Shown here in pieces: positions 38,948 through 47,384 of a DNA stretch of 64,000 bases. Position 1 is the first letter of the stretch. Every line of letters begins with the position of its first letter. The notes beneath the pieces are model-generated. The model ran no database searches. It saw nothing but the letters and a program-made list of their open reading frames with translations, and had not been told where the DNA came from. Where the stretch lies: positions 24,333 through 88,332 of the forward strand of contig CAZFCA010000003.1 of the NCBI GenBank assembly GCA_964517415.1, given 5' to 3'. Origin of the DNA: an uncultured Rhodospirillaceae bacterium (GTDB lineage Bacteria; Pseudomonadota; Alphaproteobacteria; UBA9219). The position numbers were made by a program, and so were the translations under genes.

Positions 38948-39610
38948 TTAAGTTCCCGCCTGAAGGCCGTTCACGAATTCGGCGAGGCCGATCTGGCGGC
39001 GGCGTTTTGTGCGTTCGGCGAAGAGGATGGAGCGAACGGCGGCCGCCGAGCGTTCGATATCGTGATTGATGATGACATAGTCATATTCCGCCCAGTGGCT
39101 CATTTCATCTACCGCCTTGGCCATGCGGCGGTCGATTTCCGGGCCGTCGTCCTGCGCACGGGTTTGCAGGCGGCGTTCCAATTCCCGCCATGAAGGGGGA
39201 AGGATAAAGATGGAAACCAGATCGTCGCGGGCTTTTTCCGCCAGTTGTTGCGTTCCCTGCCAGTCGATATCGAAAAGAACGTCGCGCCCGGCCTCCAGCG
39301 CGTTTTCGACCGCCTGGCGCGGCGTGCCGTAATAATTGCCGAATACCTTGGCGTGCTCCAGAAGCTGATTCCGATTGACCATTAAATTAAACTCGGTCGA
39401 GTCGGTGAAAAAATAATCGCGCCCTTCCACTTCGCCCTTGCGTGGCGGACGGGTCGTCACCGAAACAGAGAGTCGAATTTCGGGATCCGCCTCCAGAATC
39501 CGGCGGGAAAGGGTTGTTTTGCCCGCGCCCGAAGGCGAGGAAAGCACGAACATCAAGCCGCGACGGCGAATCGGATTAAAAGTTTCAGAGGACATGCGCT
39601 TATTAAGCAT
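38948..39610 (-). CDS. gmk: guanylate kinase
   Basis: P-loop SSPSGAGKTTL and the RPPRKGEVEGRDYFF GMP-binding motif. Confidence 0.9.
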   Translation of the reverse strand: MLNKRMSSETFNPIRRRGLMFVLSSPSGAGKTTLSRRILEADPEIRLSVSVTTRPPRKGEVEGRDYFFTDSTEFNLMVNRNQLLEHAKVFGNYYGTPRQAVENALEAGRDVLFDIDWQGTQQLAEKARDDLVSIFILPPSWRELERRLQTRAQDDGPEIDRRMAKAVDEMSHWAEYDYVIINHDIERSAAAVRSILFAERTKRRRQIGLAEFVNGLQAGT

Positions 39611-39784
39611 TTTTAGGAGCCTTCATCAATCCGCTAATTTCCTCGGCACCAAGTTCTCGTTTGTTTCCCTGAGCGAGGAAATGACTAAAGTGTTAACGCC
39701 AAAAAGCCTTGCCCGTAGACTTTTTTTTAACTTTATCCTGCCTAATCTCGGCCAGCGATTTGTGTTTTTGTTACCGGTTTTTTC

Positions 39785-40894
39785 ATGGCAAAAGAATATC
39801 TCAAGCCGATGCTCGACGTGGGGTCGCCTCGCGTCCTCAATTGCAACATCATCACGCGAAAAATCCTTGCCGAGCATCCCGACGCGCAGCTTTTTTTTAA
39901 ATGCCGTCCTTTGAACAATCTGGTTTTGATCAAGGACACCGATCCGCAGTCTCGCGGGGCCGCCATCGGCACGAAGCTCTATTTTCCGTTTAACGAGAAC
40001 GACATCTATGAAGGCGGCCGCACCATCTTCGTGCACAACAAGTATCTTGAGCAGGGACTGATCGATCATTTCGGCGAGGGCGATCTGCCGCCCGCCTCGC
40101 TGGATCAGGACATGCGCGTTCTACGCATTCTCGACAAACTGCCTTCGCTGGACCCGTTCTTGCTGAAGGATGTGTTTATCAACGAAAAAATCGACATGAA
40201 TCCGGCTTACTTCGAGGTCGAAAAAATTCTTTGGGATAAAATCGAATCCTATATTCTTAAAGGCTTCGAGCCGTTGGCTAAAGCGGCTTTTCCCGATGCC
40301 TTGTCGTCCGACGAAGTGGCGCGAAAGCTGATTGAAAAAATCTGGGAAGGCCGCGATCTTGAAGCGCTGCATCCGCTTATCCTCGCCTTTCGGCTTTCCG
40401 AAGGAAAGGAATTGGAGACCTTCGCCGCCTGGAAGGGCATTAATTTTTATGGCTTTGAATATGAACGCGGCTTGCCGAAAATGAAAGAACTTGCCAAGTG
40501 GCTGGCCGAATTGCAAGTGCCCGTCGCCGCCGGCAGCGTTCAGGAGCGCAACGAGATTAAAGCGATGATCGACACCATCATCAGCCGCCTGAAGGGGGAA
40601 AAACAGGCCGCCGAGGACGTTTTGAAAGAATATCAGAACAGCTACGACAAAATGTTCAAATTCCAAACCGGTTCGGCGGACTTCCTGAAATTCCTGCAAA
40701 ACAGCAGCAAGCACTATTGGACCATCGGCAACAGCCTAGGCAAAATCGGGCATGCCACATACTGCTGGGATTCGACGGCGGATCGCTATCCAGATCGGCG
40801 CATTCCCTGGGAGCAAACTAGCGGCCTTGTCGTCCTGCTTTCCAAAATATTCTCTGCGGACGGAAAGATGGCCACAGCCGCCGCATGGGCCTAA
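39785..40894 (+). CDS. hypothetical protein (369 aa), no recognisable domain
   Basis: Clean ORF with an ATG start and a predicted soluble alpha-helical protein. I cannot place any motif in a known family. Confidence 0.5.
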   Translation: MAKEYLKPMLDVGSPRVLNCNIITRKILAEHPDAQLFFKCRPLNNLVLIKDTDPQSRGAAIGTKLYFPFNENDIYEGGRTIFVHNKYLEQGLIDHFGEGDLPPASLDQDMRVLRILDKLPSLDPFLLKDVFINEKIDMNPAYFEVEKILWDKIESYILKGFEPLAKAAFPDALSSDEVARKLIEKIWEGRDLEALHPLILAFRLSEGKELETFAAWKGINFYGFEYERGLPKMKELAKWLAELQVPVAAGSVQERNEIKAMIDTIISRLKGEKQAAEDVLKEYQNSYDKMFKFQTGSADFLKFLQNSSKHYWTIGNSLGKIGHATYCWDSTADRYPDRRIPWEQTSGLVVLLSKIFSADGKMATAAAWA

Positions 40895-40987
40895 TACCAA
40901 ACGGCCAAAACGCATCCGCGCTCGACTTCTCTCGCAACCGCTCGTGACCCAAACGAGTTATTTCATTGTGCCGTTGGTATAAGCGGA
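40894..40987 (-). repeat. MITE-like repeat, short complete copy D (about 95 bp, reverse orientation)
   Basis: Reverse complement reads ATACCAACGGCACAATGAAAT..GGGTCACGAGCGGTTGCGAG..GAAGTCGAGCGCG..TTTGGCCGTTTGGTAT. It overlaps the last ~10 codons of the SRPBCC gene. Confidence 0.6.
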
Positions 40988-41410
40988 TGGTAACGTACTA
41001 ATTCGGCGACGATACAGCTCTTTTGCTCTTTTCTCGAACGCAGCCACCATTTTCGTGAGCGCTTTATCGAAAAAGATATTCATCGCGGCGCGAAGAATCG
41101 GGGATCGAAAATCGAAATCGACCGCAAACGAGACTTCGCATTGCTTTGAGCCAACGGGCTTGAATGCCCATGCGTTCGACAAATGCGACAAAGGCCCCGA
41201 TTTATACTGCACGTTAATGGCTCGCGGACGGTCTATAACCGCTTCGGTGCGAAAGGTTTCAGCAAAAAGCCGCGTGCCCACCCGCATGTCAACAAGGACT
41301 TTATCCTTCGTGCGGGAGAGAAAGCGAACCTCTTTGCACCACGGAAGAAATTCGGGATAATGCTCGATCCCCGCGACCAGATCGAACATCTGGGCCGCGC
41401 TGTAGGGCAT
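40958..41410 (-). CDS. SRPBCC-fold protein (RatA / COQ10-like START domain)
   Basis: MPYSAAQMFDLVAGIEHYPEFLPWCKEVRFLSR is typical of the RatA/COQ10 polyketide-cyclase-like family. Start trimmed to MPYSA. Confidence 0.75.
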   Translation of the reverse strand: MPYSAAQMFDLVAGIEHYPEFLPWCKEVRFLSRTKDKVLVDMRVGTRLFAETFRTEAVIDRPRAINVQYKSGPLSHLSNAWAFKPVGSKQCEVSFAVDFDFRSPILRAAMNIFFDKALTKMVAAFEKRAKELYRRRISTLPSAYTNGTMK

Positions 41411-41491
41411 AAGGCGTTTTTCCTGATGGCGGGGCAAAGCGCGCACTCCTACCAAGCCACTTCAAGCTAAGGTTGGCAGTACCTTTAAAAA

Positions 41492-41568
41492 TGGCGCGAG
41501 TGACGGGACTTGAACCCGCGACCTTCGGCGTGACAGGCCGACGCTCTAACCAACTGAGCTACACCCGC
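41492..41568 (-). tRNA. tRNA-Asp (anticodon GTC), CCA encoded
   Basis: Manual cloverleaf: acceptor GCGGGTG/CACTCGC, D-arm GCTC..GAGC, anticodon stem TCGGC/GCCGA with loop CTGTCAC, T-arm GCGGG-TTCAAGT-CCCGT, discriminator G, CCA. Confidence 0.9.
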
Positions 41569-41612
41569 AATAGGCGGCAAGGTTTAGGCAAACCGCGCGT
41601 CGCTGTCAACAA

Positions 41613-43505
41613 TTACTGTCCAATCAGGCCTTTAATCACTTTATTTCCAATGTCTTTAATCTTTTGGTTGCTGACGCCGGGAACCAACACCTTGGAAGTG
41701 GGCGCTTTCTGTGGGTGATCAAGCGTGTAAAGGCAGGCGTTACCCCCTGCCGGGTCCTTCTGCATATCCGGCACGCCGCTGCCGATAACGTTAATATCGC
41801 CGGAAGTCAACGCGCCGACGACGTTCTTTACCGTGCCCGCCGCGTCAATGGCATAAGAAGGGCTGGCCAGATCGCCGATAATCTGCAATGCGGGAACGAT
41901 GCCGCCCACGTCGACCAACTTGGTCTTGGCGCGCAAGGACATGGCGATCATCTCGCTGGCCAGATTGATCGTGCCGTTTCCCGCAACCGTCGTCGCCATG
42001 GAATCCACAAGGATGCCGTTGTCGGCCATCACGCCGTTCTTGACGTTGAAACGCGCCGCCATGCAATTGAGGACGTTGTTCGCCCCGCCTGGATTAAAGA
42101 GATTGGCAAGAGACGAGGATATATCCGCCGCCGCGCCGCGCAAAATTTCGCCTTTTTCCGCCCTCAGGACAACGACGCCGCCAAGCGTCGAGGCAATTTC
42201 GTGCGGCGTGTTGCCTTCGCCCGCAAGCTGGATATTGGCGCCGCCCTTTCCCAACATGAAAGCCGGGATGGAGCCCATATTCTGCAAGTCCTTAAGATCC
42301 ACGTTTTCGGCTATGACGCCCATCAAAACGCGCGCCGGAGTTAGCGCGGCATTGGCCTTGATCTGCGCGCGGACAACCGCCCCGCCAAGCATCGCCTGAA
42401 TCGGCTCTAGCGAAAGATTGCCGTTCGACAAAACAAGCGCAGCCTCTATCTGCCTTAAGACGGCATCGCCGACGGGCATTTCGCCGATGTTGACTTTTAA
42501 ATTGGCCTCGAAGGCTGTGAGCGAGTCGAACGGCAGAACCTCGTCGCTAAAAAGACGTTTACGCAAAGGCGCGGCTTGGGGTTGCTCGACCGTTTTCTCT
42601 TTTTCCGTTTTTTCCTCTTTCGCTGCGACCTTAAAATCCGCCGGGTCGATGCGGTCGCTCTTTAGCTCGCCCTTTAAAACCGGCAGCGCGCCTTTCCATG
42701 CGGCCGTCAGATCGCCTTGCATTTTGGAGTTGCCGGAAGAAAGCTCGTAAGAAGACAAAACTGCCGTCCCGCGCGCGAAATCCGCCTTGCCTTGAGCGAT
42801 TAGGCGAACGGCGTCGTACGTCGCGCCGATATCGAAAGCGAACGGCTGTTTGCTGATAAGATCGGCAAGGCTTGTCTTGATGTCCAGCGTCAGAGGCTTG
42901 CCGTTGATGTCCCCTGTCATGCTCAGCGCGGCGCCTGTCGCCCTTTTCTGCCACTGCAGCGAAGCGACATTAAAGCTGTTCACCTTGCCTTTCGCGTTTC
43001 GGAAGGCGATTTGGCTGTTGATAATCGATATGTAATCGACACTAACCGAGGCGCTTGGGGCTTTGGCTTCCGCCGAAGTGGTTTCCGCTGCGGGCGCTCG
43101 CGCACCTTCCTTGAAATCCCAGTTGCGTTGGCCCGAAGCCGAGGCTTCGAGAAGAATGTCGGCATTTTCAATAGAGATTTCGCGAATCGAAATCCTTCGG
43201 TCCAGAAGAGGCCAGAGGTAGAGCCCCAGATCGAACTTTCCCATGCTTGCCATTTCCGGGCGGCTCGCCCCTTCCGGATTTGCAATCGACGCGTCTTCGA
43301 TGGAAACGCGAAGCCCCGAAAGTCCCAATGAAAAATCGATGGGTCCGTTCAGCTTGACGACGCGGCCCGTCTTTTCGCTTAAGATTTTAACAAGCTGCGG
43401 TCTATATATATTGGCGTCCATGGTTCCGACATAAACCACAAGGCCGGCAAAAACAGCCGCGACGGCGGCGAGCACGATGAAGGCGGCTTTGAGCATTTTG
43501 TTCAT
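41613..43505 (-). CDS. AsmA family protein
   Basis: N-terminal TM anchor MNKMLKAAFIVLAAVAAVFAGLVVYVG, then a long beta-rich periplasmic domain with the AsmA N- and C-terminal signatures, 630 aa. Confidence 0.75.
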   Translation of the reverse strand: MNKMLKAAFIVLAAVAAVFAGLVVYVGTMDANIYRPQLVKILSEKTGRVVKLNGPIDFSLGLSGLRVSIEDASIANPEGASRPEMASMGKFDLGLYLWPLLDRRISIREISIENADILLEASASGQRNWDFKEGARAPAAETTSAEAKAPSASVSVDYISIINSQIAFRNAKGKVNSFNVASLQWQKRATGAALSMTGDINGKPLTLDIKTSLADLISKQPFAFDIGATYDAVRLIAQGKADFARGTAVLSSYELSSGNSKMQGDLTAAWKGALPVLKGELKSDRIDPADFKVAAKEEKTEKEKTVEQPQAAPLRKRLFSDEVLPFDSLTAFEANLKVNIGEMPVGDAVLRQIEAALVLSNGNLSLEPIQAMLGGAVVRAQIKANAALTPARVLMGVIAENVDLKDLQNMGSIPAFMLGKGGANIQLAGEGNTPHEIASTLGGVVVLRAEKGEILRGAAADISSSLANLFNPGGANNVLNCMAARFNVKNGVMADNGILVDSMATTVAGNGTINLASEMIAMSLRAKTKLVDVGGIVPALQIIGDLASPSYAIDAAGTVKNVVGALTSGDINVIGSGVPDMQKDPAGGNACLYTLDHPQKAPTSKVLVPGVSNQKIKDIGNKVIKGLIGQ

Positions 43506-43556
43506 GGAAAACCACTTTGTTTAAAACCGAATAAAAGTCTAATCCCGCTTCGGCTT

Positions 43557-44561
43557 TTATGCATCAGAAAAAAGATCGTCGTCCGCCGCCGCATCGAAAC
43601 CGAACCATTCCCATGTTTTACGCATGTCGGGATTTAGCGGCGCGGTTATATCGATCAATCCTTTACGGGGATGTGGGATGATCAGCCTGCGGGCATGAAG
43701 ATGCAGCCCCTTGCCGATTTCCCCGGCGGGGAAGCCTTCGGGCGTAGGCGCGCCGTAAACCCTGTCGCCGAGCAGCGGCGCGCCGATATGCGCCATGTGA
43801 ACGCGAAGCTGGTGGGTTCGGCCGGTTATGGGCCACAAGGCCACGAAAGCCGCCAATAATTTTGCATGTTCGACTGTTTCGTAAAGCGTTACGGCGCTTT
43901 TGGCGTCCTCTTCATCTTCCTGTTTTTGCGCGACGATCATTTTTTCACCCCGCCGAGCGACCGGCGCCTCGATGCGTCCTTTGGCTGGCTTCGGCGCGCC
44001 GACCGTCAATCCCCAGTAAATTTTTTTCGTTTCGCGCTTCCTGAAAGACTCCGTCAGCTTGGCGGCCGCAAACGGCGTGCGCGCGATAAGCAAGACGCCG
44101 CTCGTATCGCGATCCAGACGATGCACGAGCTTCGGCTTGCCGTGTTTTTCATCCGCGAAAGACGAGAGAAGATGGTCGATGCTGCTTTTCAAGCCGGTGC
44201 CCCCCTGAACGGCGAGTCCCGCAGGCTTGTTCAGAACCAGAACGTCGTTATCCTCATAGAGGATCATTTTTTTAATGTCGTTCGCGTTGCGCGTGGATTT
44301 TTTCGCGGCGTCTTGCTTGGGCGGCGCGCTGACATGCGGCGGAACGCGTATTTCCCATCCCGCTTCAAGGCGAGTCGAGGCGCTGCAGCGTTTGCCGTCC
44401 GCCCGGACTTGGCCTGTACGAATCAGTTTTTCAAGCTGCCCGTGCCCGAGGGCGGGGAAATGCCTTTTAAACCAGCGGTCCAAGCGGATTCCGGCTTCGT
44501 CTTCATCGACTTTTTGCATTTGGCGTTGGGACAGGGCTTGGCCTATGTTAGGTATGCACAT
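43557..44561 (-). CDS. RluA-family 23S rRNA pseudouridine synthase (RluC/RluD-like, S4 domain N-terminal)
   Basis: S4 RNA-binding domain (RLDRWFKRHFP...) and the catalytic motif HRLDRDTSGVLLIAR. Confidence 0.85.
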   Translation of the reverse strand: MCIPNIGQALSQRQMQKVDEDEAGIRLDRWFKRHFPALGHGQLEKLIRTGQVRADGKRCSASTRLEAGWEIRVPPHVSAPPKQDAAKKSTRNANDIKKMILYEDNDVLVLNKPAGLAVQGGTGLKSSIDHLLSSFADEKHGKPKLVHRLDRDTSGVLLIARTPFAAAKLTESFRKRETKKIYWGLTVGAPKPAKGRIEAPVARRGEKMIVAQKQEDEEDAKSAVTLYETVEHAKLLAAFVALWPITGRTHQLRVHMAHIGAPLLGDRVYGAPTPEGFPAGEIGKGLHLHARRLIIPHPRKGLIDITAPLNPDMRKTWEWFGFDAAADDDLFSDA

Positions 44562-44632
44562 ATATCTAGAATTTACGGAATGACGGCTTCTACTAGCTGA
44601 CTTGTCTTACACCCTTTACACGCCCTTCGCCA

Positions 44633-45565
44633 ATGCCGTACGCTTTTTCTCATAACCACCTGCTGGATACCGAGGCTCTTTCCGCCGAGGATGTCACGGC
44701 CATTTTGGACCTTGCCGAAACCTTTGTGGAGCAAAACCGCAAAACCAACAAGAAAATCGATAAATTTCGCGGGCGCACTTCCATTAACCTGTTTTATGAG
44801 AATTCCACGCGCACGCGCACGTCTTTTGAAATCGCCGCCAAGCGGCTGGGCATGGACGTCGCGAATATTCCCGTCTCGCAAAGCTCCACGCAAAAGGGCG
44901 AGACGCTTCTGGATACCGCTTTGACCCTGAACGCCATGCAGATCGATGCGCTTGTCATGCGTCACCCCGAAGACGGGGCGCCGCGCTCTATCGCGCCTTT
45001 CGTCAACGCGCATGTGATCAACGCGGGCGACGGCAAGCGTGCGCATCCGACGCAAGCCCTTCTGGACGCGCTGACGATGCGACGGCGCAAAGGGCGGCTG
45101 GATTTGAACGTGGCCATTTGCGGCGATGTGGCGCGAAGCCGCGTGGCGCGATCTAACATCCATCTACTAAAAAAATTCGGGGCGAAGATTCGCGTGATCG
45201 CCCCTTCTTATTTCCTGTCCGCCGATTACGAAAACATGGGCGTGGAAATTACGTCCAGTCTTGAAGGCGGCATAGAGGATGCCGACGCGATTATTATGCT
45301 GCGTGTGCAGCACGAAAGGCCCGGCCTTGGATATGATTTTTCGACGCTGGCGCAGCTTTATATAGACGCCTATAGCCTGACGCATGAAAAACTGAAGGCC
45401 GCCAAGCCGGACGTTATCGTTCTTCATCCCGGGCCGCTGAATCGCGGGGTCGAGATGACAAGCGAATTGGCAGACGATCCGAAACATAGCGTCATTCGCG
45501 AACAGGTGGAGATGGGCGTAGCCGTGCGCATGGCGGTGATTGACCTTCTTTTGTCCACGGAATAA
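44633..45565 (+). CDS. pyrB: aspartate carbamoyltransferase catalytic subunit
   Basis: Carbamoyl-phosphate binding motif STRTRTSFE and the HPxQ/HPGP regions. Confidence 0.95.
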   Translation: MPYAFSHNHLLDTEALSAEDVTAILDLAETFVEQNRKTNKKIDKFRGRTSINLFYENSTRTRTSFEIAAKRLGMDVANIPVSQSSTQKGETLLDTALTLNAMQIDALVMRHPEDGAPRSIAPFVNAHVINAGDGKRAHPTQALLDALTMRRRKGRLDLNVAICGDVARSRVARSNIHLLKKFGAKIRVIAPSYFLSADYENMGVEITSSLEGGIEDADAIIMLRVQHERPGLGYDFSTLAQLYIDAYSLTHEKLKAAKPDVIVLHPGPLNRGVEMTSELADDPKHSVIREQVEMGVAVRMAVIDLLLSTE

Positions 45566-45645
45566 TACCATGGCACATTCACCCCCACTCAAACCCTCCC
45601 CCATCAAGGGGAAGGGCTTTCTATCCCGAGTTTGAAGGGCAGTGC

Positions 45646-46248
45646 ATGATGAATGCGACGGTTTTGTTTCTCATCTCAACTTTGTCCTACCTTCTGGGCA
45701 GCATTCCTTTTGGCCTTCTTCTGACGCGCCTTTCCGGCATGGGCGATATTCGCGCCATCGGCTCGGGCAATATCGGGGCGACGAATGTTTTGCGCACGGG
45801 GAATAAAAAGCTCGCCGCCCTGACTTTGTTTCTCGACGCCCTCAAGGGCTTTGTTGCTGTTAAAATTGCTTTTTTTGTTTGTCCTGATTCTCCCGCAGCG
45901 CTTTCCATCGCGGCACTGATGGCCGTGCTGGGGCACATGTTCCCTCTCTGGTTGAAATTCAAAGGCGGCAAAGGCGTTGCCACAGGTATCGGCGTTATAG
46001 GCGCGCTTCATTGGCCGACGGCGCTTGTGGTCGTCGCCTTGTGGTTGCCGCTTGTCTTTTGGCTTCGAATTTCTTCGCTTGCCACGTTGATCGTTTCCCT
46101 GTTGGTTCCTCTGGTTATTATTGTATTCGGGTGTTATGATCTGGTTCCTGTTACCGTGGTCATCATCGCCCTTATTTTCTTCAAACATCGCGAAAATATC
46201 CGGCGACTGCTGTCCCACAACGAACCAAGGATTGGACATTCCCCCTAA
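45646..46248 (+). CDS. plsY: glycerol-3-phosphate acyltransferase PlsY
   Basis: GSIPFGLLLTRL...GSGNIGATNVLRTG motifs, about 200 aa and 5 TM. Confidence 0.9.
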   Translation: MMNATVLFLISTLSYLLGSIPFGLLLTRLSGMGDIRAIGSGNIGATNVLRTGNKKLAALTLFLDALKGFVAVKIAFFVCPDSPAALSIAALMAVLGHMFPLWLKFKGGKGVATGIGVIGALHWPTALVVVALWLPLVFWLRISSLATLIVSLLVPLVIIVFGCYDLVPVTVVIIALIFFKHRENIRRLLSHNEPRIGHSP

Positions 46249-47384
46249 TGCCGCGCGCGCCGTTGAACGAGAAAGAGAAACACGATTGGCTGAGGCTTTA
46301 TCGCACGGAAAACGTGGGACCGGTGACGTTTCGGCAATTGCTGAGAAAATTCGGATCGGCAAGCGCGGCGCTCGACGCTTTGCCGTCCATGGCCAAACGC
46401 GGCGGCGGCAGGAATTTCAAGCTCCCTCCCCCTTCGCAAATCGACGCCGAACTTGTGCGCATCAAAAAAATCGGCGCCAAGCTGATCGCCTCGTGCGAGC
46501 CGGACTATCCCGAAGCCTTGGCCGCGACCGAGGACGCGCCCCCGCTTTTCATCGCGCGAGGCCACACGCATTTATTGCATAAGCGCAGCATCGGCATCGT
46601 CGGCGCGCGCAACGCCTCGCTTAACGGACGCAAAATCGCGGAAGGACTGGCGCGCGAACTTGGCCAGCAGGGCATCGTTGTCGTTTCGGGCATGGCGCGC
46701 GGTATCGATTCCGCCGCGCATAAGGGCAGCCTTGAAACGGGGAGCGTCGCCGTTTTGGCGGGCGGCGTGGATGTCATCTACCCGCAGGAAAACGACGCCC
46801 TTTATGCGCAGCTTGTGGAATCGGGATGCATTGTCTCGGAAATGCCGATGGGGCTTGAGCCTTTCGGCAAGCTGTTCCCCCGCCGCAACCGAATCATATC
46901 CGGCCTGTCGCTCGGCGTCGTGGTCGTCGAGGCCGCCATGCAATCCGGTTCGCTGATCACGGCGAAAATGGCGCTGGACCAAGGGCGCGAAGTCTTCTCC
47001 GTTCCCGGATCGCCGCTTGACCCGCGCAGCACGGGAACCAACGATCTGCTTCGCCAAGGCGCCGTGTTTACGGAAAAAGCGGCGGATATTTTAAAGCATA
47101 TCCATGCCCCGCCGCGCCTCCTCGCAGAGCCCCCGGCAAACGATTTCGACATACAATTGCCGGTTATTCATGAGTACGACCTCGCCGACGCAAGGGGGAA
47201 AATCCTTGAAAATCTAACGACTTCGCCCGTATCGGTTGACGAATTGGTCCGGGAATGCCACGTATCCCCTTCCGTTGTCCTGACCATCCTCCTGGAATTG
47301 GAGCTGGCCGGGCGCATTGAACGGCAGGCTGGAAACAAGGTCATTCTGATAGGATCAACGTGTCGCATAACCTCGTCATTGTAG
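46248..47384 (+). CDS. dprA: DNA-processing protein DprA
   Basis: Rossmann-like SIGIVGARNAS...VVSGMARGIDSAAH motif. It lies within the conserved plsY-dprA-topA block. Confidence 0.9.
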   Translation: MPRAPLNEKEKHDWLRLYRTENVGPVTFRQLLRKFGSASAALDALPSMAKRGGGRNFKLPPPSQIDAELVRIKKIGAKLIASCEPDYPEALAATEDAPPLFIARGHTHLLHKRSIGIVGARNASLNGRKIAEGLARELGQQGIVVVSGMARGIDSAAHKGSLETGSVAVLAGGVDVIYPQENDALYAQLVESGCIVSEMPMGLEPFGKLFPRRNRIISGLSLGVVVVEAAMQSGSLITAKMALDQGREVFSVPGSPLDPRSTGTNDLLRQGAVFTEKAADILKHIHAPPRLLAEPPANDFDIQLPVIHEYDLADARGKILENLTTSPVSVDELVRECHVSPSVVLTILLELELAGRIERQAGNKVILIGSTCRITSSL

